Positions 1 through 12,832 of a stretch of DNA of 64,000 bases are shown here, piece by piece; position 1 is the first letter of the stretch; every line of letters starts with the position of its first letter. The stretch lies in the NCBI RefSeq assembly GCF_018977255.1, contig NW_024704743.1:23748001-23812000 (forward strand), in the 5' to 3' direction. The position numbers and the translations under genes were made by a program. Source of the DNA: Callorhinchus milii. Lineage: Eukaryota. The notes under the pieces were generated by a model that ran no database searches, had not been told where the DNA came from, and saw nothing but the letters and a program-made list of their open reading frames with translations.

Positions 1-1594
1 GCAGGTGTTTTTATCATCTTATAAAAACCCATCGGGACCACTGCAATAATTGAATTAATTCTTGAGGCATTTGTAACGAGACAAAAACGGGATAGGGGCA
101 TTGTTATGCAAAGACCTGCACTATTTTATTTTAACTCGTTATTTATAATTGGGAGTCCCCTGCTTGCTTTAAAATTAACAGTCCACGATTTTTCTCATGA
201 AAGCTATCACTTTGTTTCAGTAAACAACAGCTCCGGTTGTTCAAAAAGAAGCCAGCAACAGATTCTTTGCCCAGAGGGGGTCTTTTGATATGGAAGTGCT
301 TTCAGCAGCGTGTGAAGAAAGTGGTTGCACCGTAGGGCTGTTCATCAGTTCGTATCTCAATACATTATATAAATGGGATAACCTGATTTCTGGCAGATCC
401 CTCCTTCCAAATTATTAAGTCTTAATTGTAGGATCTTGCCTGATGTTGATGTTTATCTCAGTACAATATTTACTTTCCTCAAATTATTTTCCAAAACGGT
501 TTGAATGATGTGAAACAGTTTAAACAGAATGTAATTTTTATTACTAATCACCAAATAATGGAAAGCTTCTTGCTATAAATACGTAGCAATAAATGCCTGT
601 GCAGAATAACCACAATGTGGAAACCCCAAACCTACAAATCCATAATTGTTCTCATGAAAGCTATCACTTTGTCTCATTGAACAACAGCTCCGACTGTGCT
701 TTTTCTGTGTGTGGTGTCTGGCAGAAGTAAAACATGGATAAGTTTAGTAAAGTCTTGGCTGGCCAGGTCTTGTTTTTTGTTTATTGACTTGTTGTTTTCC
801 TGAATTTAGAACTAGCTCAATCTCTTGATCCTTAAAAGAAAAGGTATGTTTAGGAAGATGACTTTCAATAAACTTTTCTTCCCCCATTGATGCAAGGTTA
901 AAAAAGTTAAAACCTTTTTCTTTGTAGATAATTGAATTACCTGCTTTACCTCATGGGCACTTTCCATACTTAGCTGGGAGTTGCTCAGCCAACAAGAGTA
1001 ATTAGTTAGTAAATACAGGATCATCGATCAGGATGATTCACACCATAGCACCAGAAGCCATCTTATGGTACACAGACTTTGTTTTTGACTGAAAAGTGAT
1101 AAAATTGTCCCCTTCAGTTCATAACTGATTCCTTTTATACAAAATATCAGTCTCATTGCTCCCCTCGGCATTGCCTCCAGGAACTTTGCAACCAAACAAC
1201 TAGAATTGCAGTGGGGCCCCATTATAACATGATAGTTGGTAATCCATAAAATCGCAACCTGTCTTTTAATGAGTCCTGATAGCTAGTTTCATTGTGCAAA
1301 GTAGGAAGTGACAATGGCATTGATAACCAGCCATTTTTATTAGTGAGGAAGCTAAAATAGTTGCCTTCCTTACCAGATTGTCTAGATTGGTGCTGATATC
1401 ACTGCCTGCTTTGTGCACATGCAGCTCACAGGCAGTGTCATTGCTTGGCGCTGACCTAATAACCTGGAAGTTGGCCATTTTTGCCCAAAAGCACAAAACA
1501 ACAGTCTGTACAAAATATTCTCCTAACGTTTTTCTGTGTTCTTTTGATAATTACCATCAATCTGTGGCCTCCAGTTATTGACTGACTGACCAAC

Positions 1595-1780
1595 GTGAGT
1601 AATTTCTTCCCTCATTATTTTACAAACCTCTATCAGTTCTCCTCACAACCTTCTGTATTCTAAGGAAACAGCCTTAATTTCACCAGTCTTTCCTCATAAA
1701 TAAATCTTATCAATTCTGATATCATCCTGGTAAATCTCCTCTTCATGGCCCTTTGAAGTACCACTAAATTCATTCCATGT
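1595..1780 (-). mobile_element. CR1-clade LINE fragment (degraded, 3' part of ORF2)
   Basis: The segment acctctatcagttctcctc...catcctggtaaatctcctct resembles the clearer CR1 copy at 44815-45310 in the same orientation. Confidence 0.55.
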
Positions 1781-2245
1781 ATTAAGGGGATTGCAGGATG
1801 GCAAAGATAGAGAGATGGTTCTGGGCAGGAAGCAGAGAGATGTGTTGGTGGCCAGAGTAAAGCTGTTTTTCAAGCAGTAATGTATTACAGTAGGCCTCTC
1901 TTTCCACATAATGTATTCAGCACTAAGGGCAGAATCTAGGGCTGTTTCATCAAGAAAAGAGAAGATTGAGAGGAGACTTGAGAGGCCTTTTACGAAGATA
2001 ATGTAAATAACAAAAAATTGTTGGATAGGTGGCAAATGAAATATATAGAAATGAAAAGGAGAAATGTAACCTAATTGTTGCCTCATTAGCCTCTTTCACT
2101 TTAGTAACTGTTTTGAATACAGTAGAGTACTTACTCCTATGTTGGGTGTTTTTGGAGGTCAGACCAGTGTTGACACCCAGTCAGCTCAAAGTGTCTGAAA
2201 CACAGCTTACTAGGAATTCACTGAACTTCTTTACCTTATTTACAG

Positions 2246-2285
2246 CCTGCAAAAACAAGTCCGAACCATTAACAAGGATCAGCAG
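2246..2285 (+). CDS. Candidate internal coding exon of an unidentified host gene (LQKQVRTINKDQQ)
   Basis: Acceptor cttctttaccttatttacag|C with upstream ctgaac; weak donor CAG|gtagta. The exon is 40 nt and ends in phase 0, matching the phase-0 start of exon 10293. Confidence 0.4.
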
Positions 2286-2805
2286 GTAGTAAAAACCTTA
2301 TTAAGCTGTGCAGTTCATGACATTACATCTTAATGTTCCACTTGATGGCTAACTTACAGTGAATTAACTTGCAAAAAGGTGGAAAATGGTTTGCGGTATG
2401 TATGCATAATATCCCTGTAATTACTGCCAAAACTAGCTTAATGGCTGTAGACAGGACAATCCCATTCTACAGTGTTGTTAAGAGACCATTAACTATCAGA
2501 ATTAAGAACATTAGGTCAGGGATAGTCTCTCCTTTTCTCGCAGCAGAGAACTATCCAAATTATTCATGTCGTTTTTTTAAGATCGCCACACTGTCATTAG
2601 AACATCGACCTATGAAAAATGAAATGCCGAAAAGAGCATTTACAGAATAATATTAAAATTCAAACAATTCTTGTCAATATCCTGAATAAGAAATATGGGA
2701 ACAAAAAATATCACTGGGATATTTTGTGAGGGAGCTCCAGGATTTGGGCTCACACCAGCTGCCTTGTGTTGCCTAATAGACTATTGAATAAAATCCTTGC
2801 ATAAA

Positions 2806-3120
2806 AATAATAATCCTTGCATTTGATATAGCGCCTAATCACAGCACTGAGATGCCTCAAAGCGCTTAACAGAACATTACTGTAAAGTGAATTGGCTGTA
2901 TATTTTGTGGGCGAAACACAGTAGCCAATTGTGCACAGCAGTGTCCCACAAACAATTGTGGATTGAGTGATTATATTTTTACTATTATTTTTGGATGGAT
3001 TATTACCCCCAGAATGTGATCTGCTAATCAACTGACAACTGGATTCCCACTTGCTGCTAGATAAACAGGAGTGTGGAGTAAGGAAACATGCCTAAGGTTT
3101 CAGCCTGGCTGGGAATCGAA
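2806..3120 (-). mobile_element. tRNA-derived SINE with L2-type tail, lacking most of its head
   Basis: Reverse complement of the family body (tgtgggacactgctgtgcacaattggct) and the tail gcgctatatcaaatgcaaggattattatt. Confidence 0.9.
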
Positions 3121-3529
3121 TTGGCCGACCATAAACATTGGCGACCAATGATCCACATCATGCATACTCAGGACAGGTGACAGCATGGCCAAAAGTTGCT
3201 CTGAAGATGTTTCTCTCTCTTGGCCTGAAATTCCATATAGTCTGAAACTGTAACACTATTTTGCTTAAAATTTAAGAGCTGTAGGAAAGTTTTAAATTCT
3301 GTTTTAATTCAGCTGTCAATTCTGATTAAGAACTTGGAGGGGGGAACTTACTTCTAAACAACATGAAGAAATGTTCATAATTCTGCAGAATTTTTAAAAA
3401 ATGATCCATTAAGCCTGAATGGAATTTTGAGCCTTTTCTCCTTTCATTTCTGATGAAGTGTGATATTTGCCATTTCCGACACATCGGGTGATTCCTCTGA
3501 GCTTTCCAATTTGGTGCCAAATGAAGAGC

Positions 3530-3836
3530 TGGCCAGCTCCGGCCTGCTCCACATCCCCCGACCCACCCGCCCCACCATTGGTGGGAGAACCTTCAGCCAC
3601 TCTGCCCCCAACCTCTGGAATTTCATCCCCCAATCACTCCGCCTCGACCCCTCCTTAGCCTCCTTCAAGTTCCGCCTCAAAACCCTCCTCTTCGACCATG
3701 CCATCAGGCACCCCCCTTTCCCTCCCTTCTCCCTCCCTGACCCCAGCTCGGGTCTGAAATGCTGTACACTGTCCAGCGCCTTGGGACGTCCTCCTGACGT
3801 GAAAGGCGCTATACAAATGTAATCTTGTTGTTGTTT
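3530..3836 (+). mobile_element. L2 LINE 3' end (subfamily A)
   Basis: Translates to the L2 ORF2 C-terminus (GLLHIPRPTRPTIGGRTFSHSAPNLWN...LASFKFRLKTLLF). The tail is gggacgtcctcctgacgtgaaaggcgctatacaaatgtaatc(ttg)n. Confidence 0.92.
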
Positions 3837-4949
3837 TGTGCTGTAAATCCAGTCATTAGGAATTAGGCTGAACAACTGCTTCAAAATAAAATGTACACAA
3901 TTGCTTCATACCTTTAAGGAGTTCTCTGTAGGCGATTAGTGTTTATCAGGCTCTTTCTTGTCTTCCTCCTGCTAATACGATAGAGGGCTGATTGATAACG
4001 TTTGCCAAAGCTATCTCTGGATTGAATAATGTAGGTGGGTTGCAAAGATGCTCCATCAAAATTCTTTATAGAATATTTGAAGGAAAATGCCAGCATACCT
4101 CCTGCACTGGGGAAAGATGTAATTCTTAAATCTCATGTGAAAACCATGCCGTTGTGCCAGTTTCCCTCAAACTTTTAATGATCAGCATCATAATCAAAGT
4201 CTCTCATCTAAACACTGGTGACACAGAGCCAAATAACAGCAATGTAATGGCACCATAAATCAAAGCCTTTTTTTTAACGCTATCAGCTTTGTGAGTGACA
4301 GGAAACGTTACAGGCAAAAAGATGAATGAGAGAGAAAGGATAATAAGAAAGATGTGGCTGAAGGAAGCAGAATGGAAATATAGGGAGGAGGACAGAGACA
4401 GATTCTGGAGGAGAATTCTAGCATATTGGAAAAAAGTTGTGCAGATACTCCCAAGAAAATTCCAAGGCTTATATTCATTGGGGGAATTTGTTACTGTATC
4501 TGAATATAAGATAACTTTGGCGGCACCAAGTATGTTTATTAGAGTTAAGCTGGACTAGCATCAGCCCATAGCAAAGACTGACTGAATTCCATTTGTTGTT
4601 CCGTTTCTGGACTACTTCTAATGTCTAATTTGCAATGTTTCTAAATATAATTTGTACACATGGGGATGTCTTTCTGGAACGGAGGTAGTAACCAGGTAAA
4701 AGCAGGTAGCTTCCCATTACTAGCACTTTGTAACGGGCTTTGTGCTGCTTGTCTTGCTAGGACCACCCTACCTATAACAATCCTTGCAATTGGTATAGCA
4801 CCTTTAAAGTGGGAGTTCATCCCAAAGCATGTCACAGCATTTACTATGAAGTAGAATGACTGTGTATTTATGGGTGATGTCCTGGCCAACAATTCTCCCA
4901 ATACCTAATCTATTTTGAGACTTGAAACTCACACAGTTCTAACTGACAC

Positions 4950-5285
4950 TCTAATCCGGTGCTGGGGTGTATGCTGCATTGTTGGAGGTGCCATCCTTTT
5001 AACGCGATGTTAAATTGCGGCCCTGGCAGCCTATTCAGGTGGACGTTAAAGATCCCATAGCACTATTCAAAAAGAGAAGGGAGTTTCTCCTGGTGTCCTG
5101 CCCAACAGTTCCCCAAATAAAATTAATCATTCACTCTATGACTGTTTGTGTAACATTGCTGTGGCAAAATTGGCTGCCGTGTTTACCCACAGCACACACA
5201 GTCACTGCACTTTACAGTATATCCTTGAAGCGCTTTTGGAATGTCCCCATGACGTGAAAGGCACCAAAGGCAAGGGTTATTATTA
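4950..5285 (+). mobile_element. Deu-domain SINE (SacSINE1/AmnSINE1-like)
   Basis: Core tgctgcattgttggaggtgccatc...caggtggacgttaaagatcccatagcactattc...gggagtttctcctggtgtcctg matches the DeuSINE domain as I recall it, followed by an L2-like tail. Confidence 0.8.
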
Positions 5286-6450
5286 CCTGTTAGGGCTTTC
5301 GGTATAACTGGAGTTGAGTGGGCAGAATCCCTGCCTCCAGTGACTGATCCATATTCTACACTTACAGTGGGAATTACCTTCCAACATGATCAACCTCAGG
5401 AGCAGAGTTCCTGCAATTCTAACATGTTACCTTATTAGTGAATCCGTTTAGAAGATAACACAATTTATACTCCCAATATTGTTGCCTTGTTTTTTCTCCT
5501 TTTTTTTCTCTGCTTGCGACTTCCTCCCTCTCGGTTTATCTCTCTCTGACTTCCCCTAACAATACAACCGCAGCTTGAGCCATGACGTACAATCTCTGTA
5601 GGTTTTATTAGCTGCGTTTCTATTGAGTTTTAAGGTTTCATTACTATACAACAATACCATAAAAATATTCAAAATGATAAGAATATAAATAAGAAGGAAA
5701 ATGAAAGCTCAGAGAAAACATTGCAATACAAATATATCAAGACAAATGTATTCATATTTACAACACTCTGTCCACAGCTATGTAAATCTGCAATGTTTTG
5801 TGACCCTGTTCAGTGCTTTGAGCCTTGTTTCTTATGGAAGAGTTTTTTCCAATGACCTGGCCCATTACTCTGCAGATAATTGATTACTTTATGTCTGAAT
5901 GTGGAAAGTTGTGTGCAAAATGGTTGTCACATTTGTTTACAGATACTCAGCTATTACACTTGACAGTGATTCCCTGCAAAATACTTCAGATGTTTTGACA
6001 TTACAACCCTATATCAAATGCAAGGATTATTATTTTTATTATTATTAATTACATAACTTTGATTTTTCTCTTCTGCTCCCTCAATTTGGGGAGAAAGTTT
6101 ATCACCCACAAATCTACTGAACTATGAAAACTAGATAGAGATAAGAACATCCTCTTAAGTATTTACCAGAGAGGGGGAGGATTAAGGAACTAATAAAAAA
6201 ATCTATTTGGACCATCTCAGGCTCTTTTTCAATGTAAAAGCGGAGAAGTCATACAAGAAAGCCTAATGAATCCCTAAAACCTATTGAATTAGTTAGACTC
6301 CTGCGCCAGGTTGCAATGACATTGGAAATGAGCTTCTTTAGCAAGTAATTTGAAGTATATACACAAAGGATATATTTTTTTAGAGATTTGTTCTCTTCCC
6401 ACTCACATTTCTATATTATTTTCTAGCTCCCAATGTAACTGCCAAACATA

Positions 6451-6790
6451 ATCCTGTAGTGTATTGGTAAGAGTACTCATCTCGCAAGCGAGAAGGCCTG
6501 GGTTTGATTCCTGGGCTGGGCAAAACCTTAAGCAAGTTTCCTCACTCCACACGCCTCTGGTTACTTAGCAGTAAGTAGGAACCTGGTTGTTAGTTAATTG
6601 ACAGATTACTTTTCCAGGGAAATTAGTCCCCTAAAAAAAATGTGGTCACTCAATCCAAGACTGTCTGGGACACTGCTGTGCACAATTCGCTGCCACATTT
6701 CGCCCACAAAATGTACAGTCAATTCACTTTGCAGTGCATTCTATGAAGCACTTTGAGATGTCTTGAAGACGTGATATGGCGATGCATTAA
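6451..6790 (+). mobile_element. tRNA-derived SINE (second head type), tail split by a CR1 insertion
   Basis: Head tcctgtagtgtattggtaagagtactcatctcgcaagcgag with B-box-like ggtttgattcc. The tail resumes at 7142-7166 (tgcattaaatgcaaggattattat). Confidence 0.85.
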
Positions 6791-7141
6791 TCATAGAATC
6801 ATAGGATTATATAGCACAGAAGGAGGCCACTTAGCTTTTTGAAAAGAGCTATCCAAATCAATTCCACTCCCCTGCTCTCTCCTCATAGTCCTGCAAACTT
6901 GTACTCCCCAAATAATTGTCTACTCCTCTCTTAAAAATTGTTATTAAATCGGCTTCCACCACCCTTTCAGATGATGCATTCTGTTCCGAACAACTCGCTG
7001 TGTGAAAAGAATTCTCCACACCTTCCTACTGTTTCTTTTAACAACTATTTTAAATTGGTGTCCTCGGGTTACCGACCCACCCACCAGTGGAAATAGTTTC
7101 TCCTTGTTCTTATCAAATTCCCTCATAATTTTGAAAATCCT
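6791..7141 (-). mobile_element. CR1 LINE 3' fragment
   Basis: ORF 6944-7126 reads KLFPLVGGSVTRGHQFKI...FTQRVV (CR1 ORF2 C-terminus) with a 3' (ATTCTATG)-type terminal repeat. It is flanked by tgcattaa on both sides. Confidence 0.9.
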
Positions 7142-7261
7142 TGCATTAAATGCAAGGATTATTATAATGTAAACTTATTCTGAGAGGCACAGAATAATGA
7201 AGGCTCTCTGATGTGCATGTTATTTAATATTTGATGCAAGGTTTGCCTTAATTCTCCACGT

Positions 7262-7580
7262 ATAATAATAATACTAATCCTTGCATTTGATATAGCGCTT
7301 TTCACGTCTTCTAGACGTCCCAAAGAGCTTCACAGAATATACTGTAAAGTGAATTGACTATATATTTGTGGGCGAACACGGCAGCCAATTGCGCACAGCA
7401 ATGTCCCACAAACAGTCATGGATTGAAAATGACCAATTTATTATTGTTTTGTTTTGGAGGGATTTTTATTAGGCTCTGTGTGGAGTAAGGAAACTTGCCC
7501 AAGGTTTCGCCCTGCCTGGAATTGAACCCAGGTCTCTCACTTGCAAAGTGAGTTCTCTAACCACTGAGCTACAGGACTCC
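7262..7580 (-). mobile_element. Full-length young tRNA(Ala)-derived SINE
   Basis: Reverse complement starts ggagtcctgtagctcagtggttagag (A box), has ggttcaattcc (B box), then body, stem-loop tail and (ATT)n. Confidence 0.95.
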
Positions 7581-8867
7581 ACATAAGGCAAATCTTGCTT
7601 CAAATATAATTCCTTCCACAAAGGAACAGGATTGATGGCCCAAATGACATTAGCTCCTTCATATCAGCCACCCAAAGTGACTGTGAACGGCCAGTGTCAA
7701 TGGCTGCATTTTACTTTCTATGGTCAGCTTTGAGCTGCATTCACATACTCATTCTTTACATCCCACTCCTATTAAGTGAAACTGCTCTTGACCCAGTTAC
7801 AGGCAGTTCAGGACAACTTAACACTGATTCCTTTCAGGCCTCATTTAAACAGATCACAGCTAACATAGAAGTCGTTCATTCAAAATAGCCAAATACATGC
7901 TTCACAAAGGAGGACGAATAGTGAATAAATTGGATCGTGTTTTCTTGTTACCATAAATTGGAGTTTCTGCTTTGTATTTAGAAGATCTGCACATGTTTAA
8001 AGAGGTGTAAGAAGATTGTTGGTGATGGTAATTGCCGTTGTCGGCTGTATGGATAATTACAGTGGTTGAGGCGAGTCCTGTTCCTCTGGACAGGGTTTTC
8101 ACACATTTTGGAGCCTAATTAGGACAAAGGTTTCACATCAGTTGAATGGTGGTAGAGTAATGTGCTTGTATTTTGTTAGGGAAAAGGGCATGCTACAGCC
8201 TAGCTGATGCATACAATGAGCTGCAGTGGCATCGATGTATGTGCACAGTGAGCAGGGCCTGGCTTTTTCATGTTGTTGGCACCCATGTTCCACTCCTGCT
8301 TTTCCCGATGACGTGTGATATAAGTTGATGGTTCAGACTACAAAGAGACGAGAATCTTCTGACAGGCCGTTCACGCCTGAGTGACCTTGGAATCCTGAAC
8401 AGCAATTGAAATGCCAACAAACTAGCTGGCAAAGTACAGGCGTGTGAACCATTGTAAACGTGGGCTTGTTGTAGCGTAACTTCTAATGACCAGTTCCAGT
8501 CTACAGCGTGTCAATTAAGTACGATCTTGATAGGAGGGAAAGCAATAAGAAGCAACATTTCCCCCTGAGTGTAAATCACAGCCATCAGCCTCCTTCACGC
8601 TCCAGGGTGTACTTTGTGACGCTAACTGGAGAGAAAATCCTATTCTCAGTGCATCGACTGCAAATCACTGCACTTCTTGGCAAGGGATATGTACTATGCC
8701 CTAACCTCTGGAACTCCTTGCCTCAATCCCTCCGCCTCGCCCGCTATTTATCTTTCAATCTCACTTTAACCGTGGTTATGTTTGCCTCAACCCTTCTTCC
8801 TTGTTTGGAATCCAACTCCACCATTGTACAGTACTCCAAGATGCTGTTCTGCAAGTTATAGTTATCT

Positions 8868-9060
8868 AGGAGTAGTATTAATGATCTTGGAGTGGTACTT
8901 GTGATGTATACAATATGGTTTGCATTTATATAGTGTCGTTCACATCAGGGGACATCTAAGTAGTTGTAAGTGTGATCTATTAGGAGTATTAATAATCTGG
9001 ACTGGTGCATATAATGTTGGAGTAATATTAGTGATCTAGAAATACTACTAATAACTTGAA
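8868..9060. repeat. Degenerate ~21-bp minisatellite (ggagtagtattaatgatct-like) interrupted by a short L2/SINE tail
   Basis: Recurrent ggagt(a/g)...ta(a/g)t(g/a)atct units at 8869, 8983 and 9018. Confidence 0.5.
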
Positions 9061-9259
9061 CGTGTAGGTGCAGCAGTTTGTGAGTTATTTGACTTTGTTA
9101 CTGATGTACAGATATTCAGCGATGAATGAACAATGTGTTTGTTGACAGCTTAATAAAGGAAAGCATTCAGGGACTATTTTTTCCAGGTAGGTGATTGTGT
9201 GATCCTCCTGCTATGTTTCTCCCTTTCCCTTGAACTTCAGATCACCCTCCCTAATCCTT

Positions 9260-9590
9260 GATTCAATTCTGCATCTACAGCCTTCTGGGCAGTGCATTTC
9301 TGGGGCAGTACAGTCTACACTTTCCCAATATTCTGTGTGAATAAATGTTTCTTGATCTGATTTCCAACCAGTTTAGTTCTAATATTGAAGACCACGTTCT
9401 CTTGTTTACCATCCGCCCACCAGTTATCTCCTATCTAATGTGTCAATGTCCTCATTAATTTAACATTTCACCCTTTAACCTCAACACCTCTAGGGACTAT
9501 GACACAAATTCTTCCAGCCTGTCATCATAGCTAAAACCCTTACTCCCAGGCTGCTCCTGTGCCCTCCAGGAACTAACTGGTACCTTGCAC
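9260..9590 (-). mobile_element. Old CR1 LINE fragment
   Basis: The segments gcatctacagccttctgggcagtgcattt and tctgtgtgaataaatgtttc resemble the reverse of the CR1 FTQRVV..WN region. Confidence 0.55.
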
Positions 9591-10292
9591 GATACATTAG
9601 CAGAAGCAAATGATACTTTTAAAGTAACTTTCTTTCTGTCTTTTCACCCTTGTTCCTGCATTCCTCCTATGATCATAGTTCAAGCCAATATGAACTTATT
9701 CAGCTTTACCATTTCAGAGCCACAGCTAGGCTGTGACACTCAGTGAGTGCGCTTTCTGTCAGTGTTCACAGTGTGAATACTGCAATGTCACATTTTACAG
9801 GTGTGTGCAGTAAAGGAGCTAGATAATAATTGTCAGTCCTTACTTTCACTTCTGAATACATTTGCGTAAAATACCTTCAACATTATGACAAGGCAATGAA
9901 AAGAGAAGGATTTGAACTGACTGATTGTAGGTTTTAAGTCGTTGCTTGTGAAGTCGCTCAGAAGAAACGTTCCATTTATAGAGGCAGTTTCCTCTTAATG
10001 TGACCTTGTTCAGGTACGGCAGTCACACTCCGAGCAACACACTGCAACGGGAAAACAAAAAGGAGGTGATGGGAAAAGGATCCTCAATAACAACTGAGGA
10101 TGAGAAAATAAATGAGATTAGATGTCAGCATACGGCTTGCACTGTAATTTGCAATGCTGGGTTGGGAAAATCCTTGTGCGATACTGATGTGTGAATTGTC
10201 AGTTTTACAGTGCATTACAGCGGTTGCTTTCTGGTTTACTTTCTGAAAGCAGATATCCTTTTGCAATTTTCCATAATCCTTCTCCCTTTCAG

Positions 10293-10360
10293 GATAGCTC
10301 GAGTTGTCTGGCTGCAATCCACCGATTCCAGTATATGAATAAGCTTCTCCGTCAGATAGG
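10293..10360 (+). CDS. Candidate internal coding exon of an unidentified host gene (DSSSCLAAIHRFQYMNKLLRQI-G)
   Basis: Strong acceptor ttttccataatccttctccctttcag|G and donor AGG|gtatgt. The exon is 68 nt, only frame 0 is open, it lies in unique sequence and ends in phase 2. Confidence 0.65.
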
Positions 10361-11177
10361 GTATGTGTTGAACAGGTTGAACATTAACAGGAGCAAGCTC
10401 AGCTTGATTGAATAGATAATAAAGAATGACTCACATGGATAATGGCCACTTGGTGAGGGTGCCCATAAAACCTAATCCCAGTGGGAAGAAATTAATAAAT
10501 TTGGAGAACAATTAGAAAATATTCCAGAAAAAACTGGATAGGGCCATAGACAAGTGGTATTCACTAACGAAATTTAACAGTGTTGTTTTTTTAGAAGCAG
10601 TGAAGTGACACCATCATGTCAATTCTTTTGGGCCAGTTAGAACCATGTCGAAACCCATGGAATGTGCACACTCTCTCCGAAGAGACCCAACTACTTACCT
10701 AATTCCAGAGAGTTTTAAATGCAGGTTGGCAAGAGCCAAAGCTTGGGGACCCCAGAGTGTGTGTTAGGGTTACTCCTAGAGTTTAACCAACTAAAACAGC
10801 ATAGCTTGCCTTTTAGAGCACTGTTTGGCAAGCTTCTCGCTGCTTCACCAGTTAGGACCACCTTCGTTATGGTTTTGGCTTGCAGGGTTAAAAGGAGTCA
10901 GGAAAGAAGAATCCCTACCCCAGTGACCAGTCTGTCCTTCCAAGTCCTACTGCTGAAGCCAGTAGATCCCCTCAATCTCCATCTGCTTAGATTTCTTACA
11001 CAAGCAAGTATCAATAAATTGGAAAAAGTTGATTTGTGGTACCCAACTTTTTACACTATGGGATGAAAAATTTTCATAACATTTGCTGTGATAAAAAGTA
11101 TGCCACATTGAACCTATTATAAAAGGTTAGTCAGTATTCTGTGAAGAAACACTCAAATGTTGACTCCAGCATTGAGA

Positions 11178-11345
11178 ATAGGAACATAGAAACAGGCAAA
11201 GGCTATTCAGCCCCTCGAGCCTGTTCCGTCATTTTATAAGATCATGGCTGATCTGTACCTCAAGTCCAGTTACCTGCTCTTGCCCCTTATCCCTTAATAC
11301 CCTGGCCTAACAAATATGTATTCACCTCCATCTTGAAAATATGAA
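11178..11345 (-). mobile_element. CR1 LINE 3' UTR fragment
   Basis: The segment ataggaacatagaaacaggcaaaggctattcagcccctcgagcctgttccgtc...gatcatggctgatctg is a typical shark-type CR1 3' end in reverse. Confidence 0.8.
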
Positions 11346-11489
11346 TGGAAAGTGGGCTTTTTACCATCATACCAAAGATGGCAGAAGAAACGTTTTTAAA
11401 TCATCCTTAGAAGCAAACCATTTACACAGTCAGTTACAAGAGGGGAGGCAGGGGTGAGCTCTTTGGCCAGTTTTAGAAATAATAGTAAT

Positions 11490-11810
11490 TATTATTACTA
11501 CTACTAACTATTATTACTAACCCTTGCATTTGGTATAGCGCTTATCTCGTCGGGAGGAAGTTTCAAAGCGCTTCACAGGATTTATTGTGAATGGAGTGAC
11601 TGTGTATTTTGTAGGCAAATGCTGCAACACAATAGTGCACAGCAATGTCCCACAAACAGCCATGAAACTAAATGGATTAAATCTGCCAAATTTCATAACA
11701 TATTCTATCCATCACATTGTTTACCCTCAATACACAGTACCAATCCTGTTATGCGTTTTGAGACGTTTAGGCTTTGTGATAAGGTGCTATATCAAGGATT
11801 ATTATTCTTA
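11490..11810. mobile_element. Two SINE 3' halves in opposite orientation (11490-11665 minus, 11720-11810 plus)
   Basis: Tail motifs cttgcatttggtatagcgct and gtgctatatcaaggattattatt. Confidence 0.75.
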
Positions 11811-12714
11811 TTGTATTCTGTTAGGAAGTGTTGCATTTTTCAGACCTACAGATTTTTTATGTAGATTGTAGTGTTCAAATGGTTCTTTTATGGTTCTTTT
11901 CACAATATCATTGTAATGCAGGGGTCCAACATTATTAATCTTTGTCCTAGTACAGTATAAGTTCTGGTACATTGTTTATCAGTTCTTCACTGACCAAGAA
12001 ACCATATCGCTTCTTTAGGAGAAGAGCTGCTATCATGTACTGTGAGATAAATACATGTAATACACTTATCTTACTGCTCACTCGCTAGCAAACCATAAAA
12101 AACCTATGAATCATGCCCTCACAGCAACCCAATTCAAAATACACAAACACTGATGAAATGCTCATTATTCATGAATCGAGAAGGAAACTATATAAAATAC
12201 TCTTCCTGCATAACACCCATATCTTTGCAAAGGTGCATTATGACACATAACAACTTCTTGAATAGAGAAGCCATGGAAATTAAATCTATCACGAACAATA
12301 TTCTCAAAGGTACTATAATAGGAAGTATTATATTATATAAGTATTGTAGTTTCTTCTTTTGTGAAGAATAAAAGCCTAAATCCTCTTTGTCAAGTTGGTG
12401 GAGTTTACCTCTTCACAAAGTGCCTGTGCATTAAAATGTTGCCTTTTCTCTGTTTGTGAACCTGTGAAAGATATTATCATAGCTTTCCTGTAGGAAGAGA
12501 AGATTGCATGCAGAGTTGCCCACCGTTTAACTCCTCTGATATGATTCAAAGGTAGAATTTGCAACATTAATTTACAAAAAATGCATTGTGAATGTACCTG
12601 TGGATTTTTGATGTCCGCCTACAATGCTGACAGTAACCTGCCTGAGTGAAACAACATTGCTCGATTGAGCTGGGAGGAAAACTCCGTCAGTCTTGTCATT
12701 TTATTCATGTTCAT

Positions 12715-12832
12715 TGTGGTATATTCCCACAAAATCTACAGTCAATTCACTTTACGGTATATTCTGTGAAACTCTTTGAGACACCTCGAAGATGTGATAA
12801 GGCTCTATATCAAATGCAATGATTATTATTAT
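12715..12832 (+). mobile_element. SINE 3' fragment
   Basis: cccacaaaatctacagtcaattcactttac...ctatatcaaatgcaatgattattatt. Confidence 0.85.
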
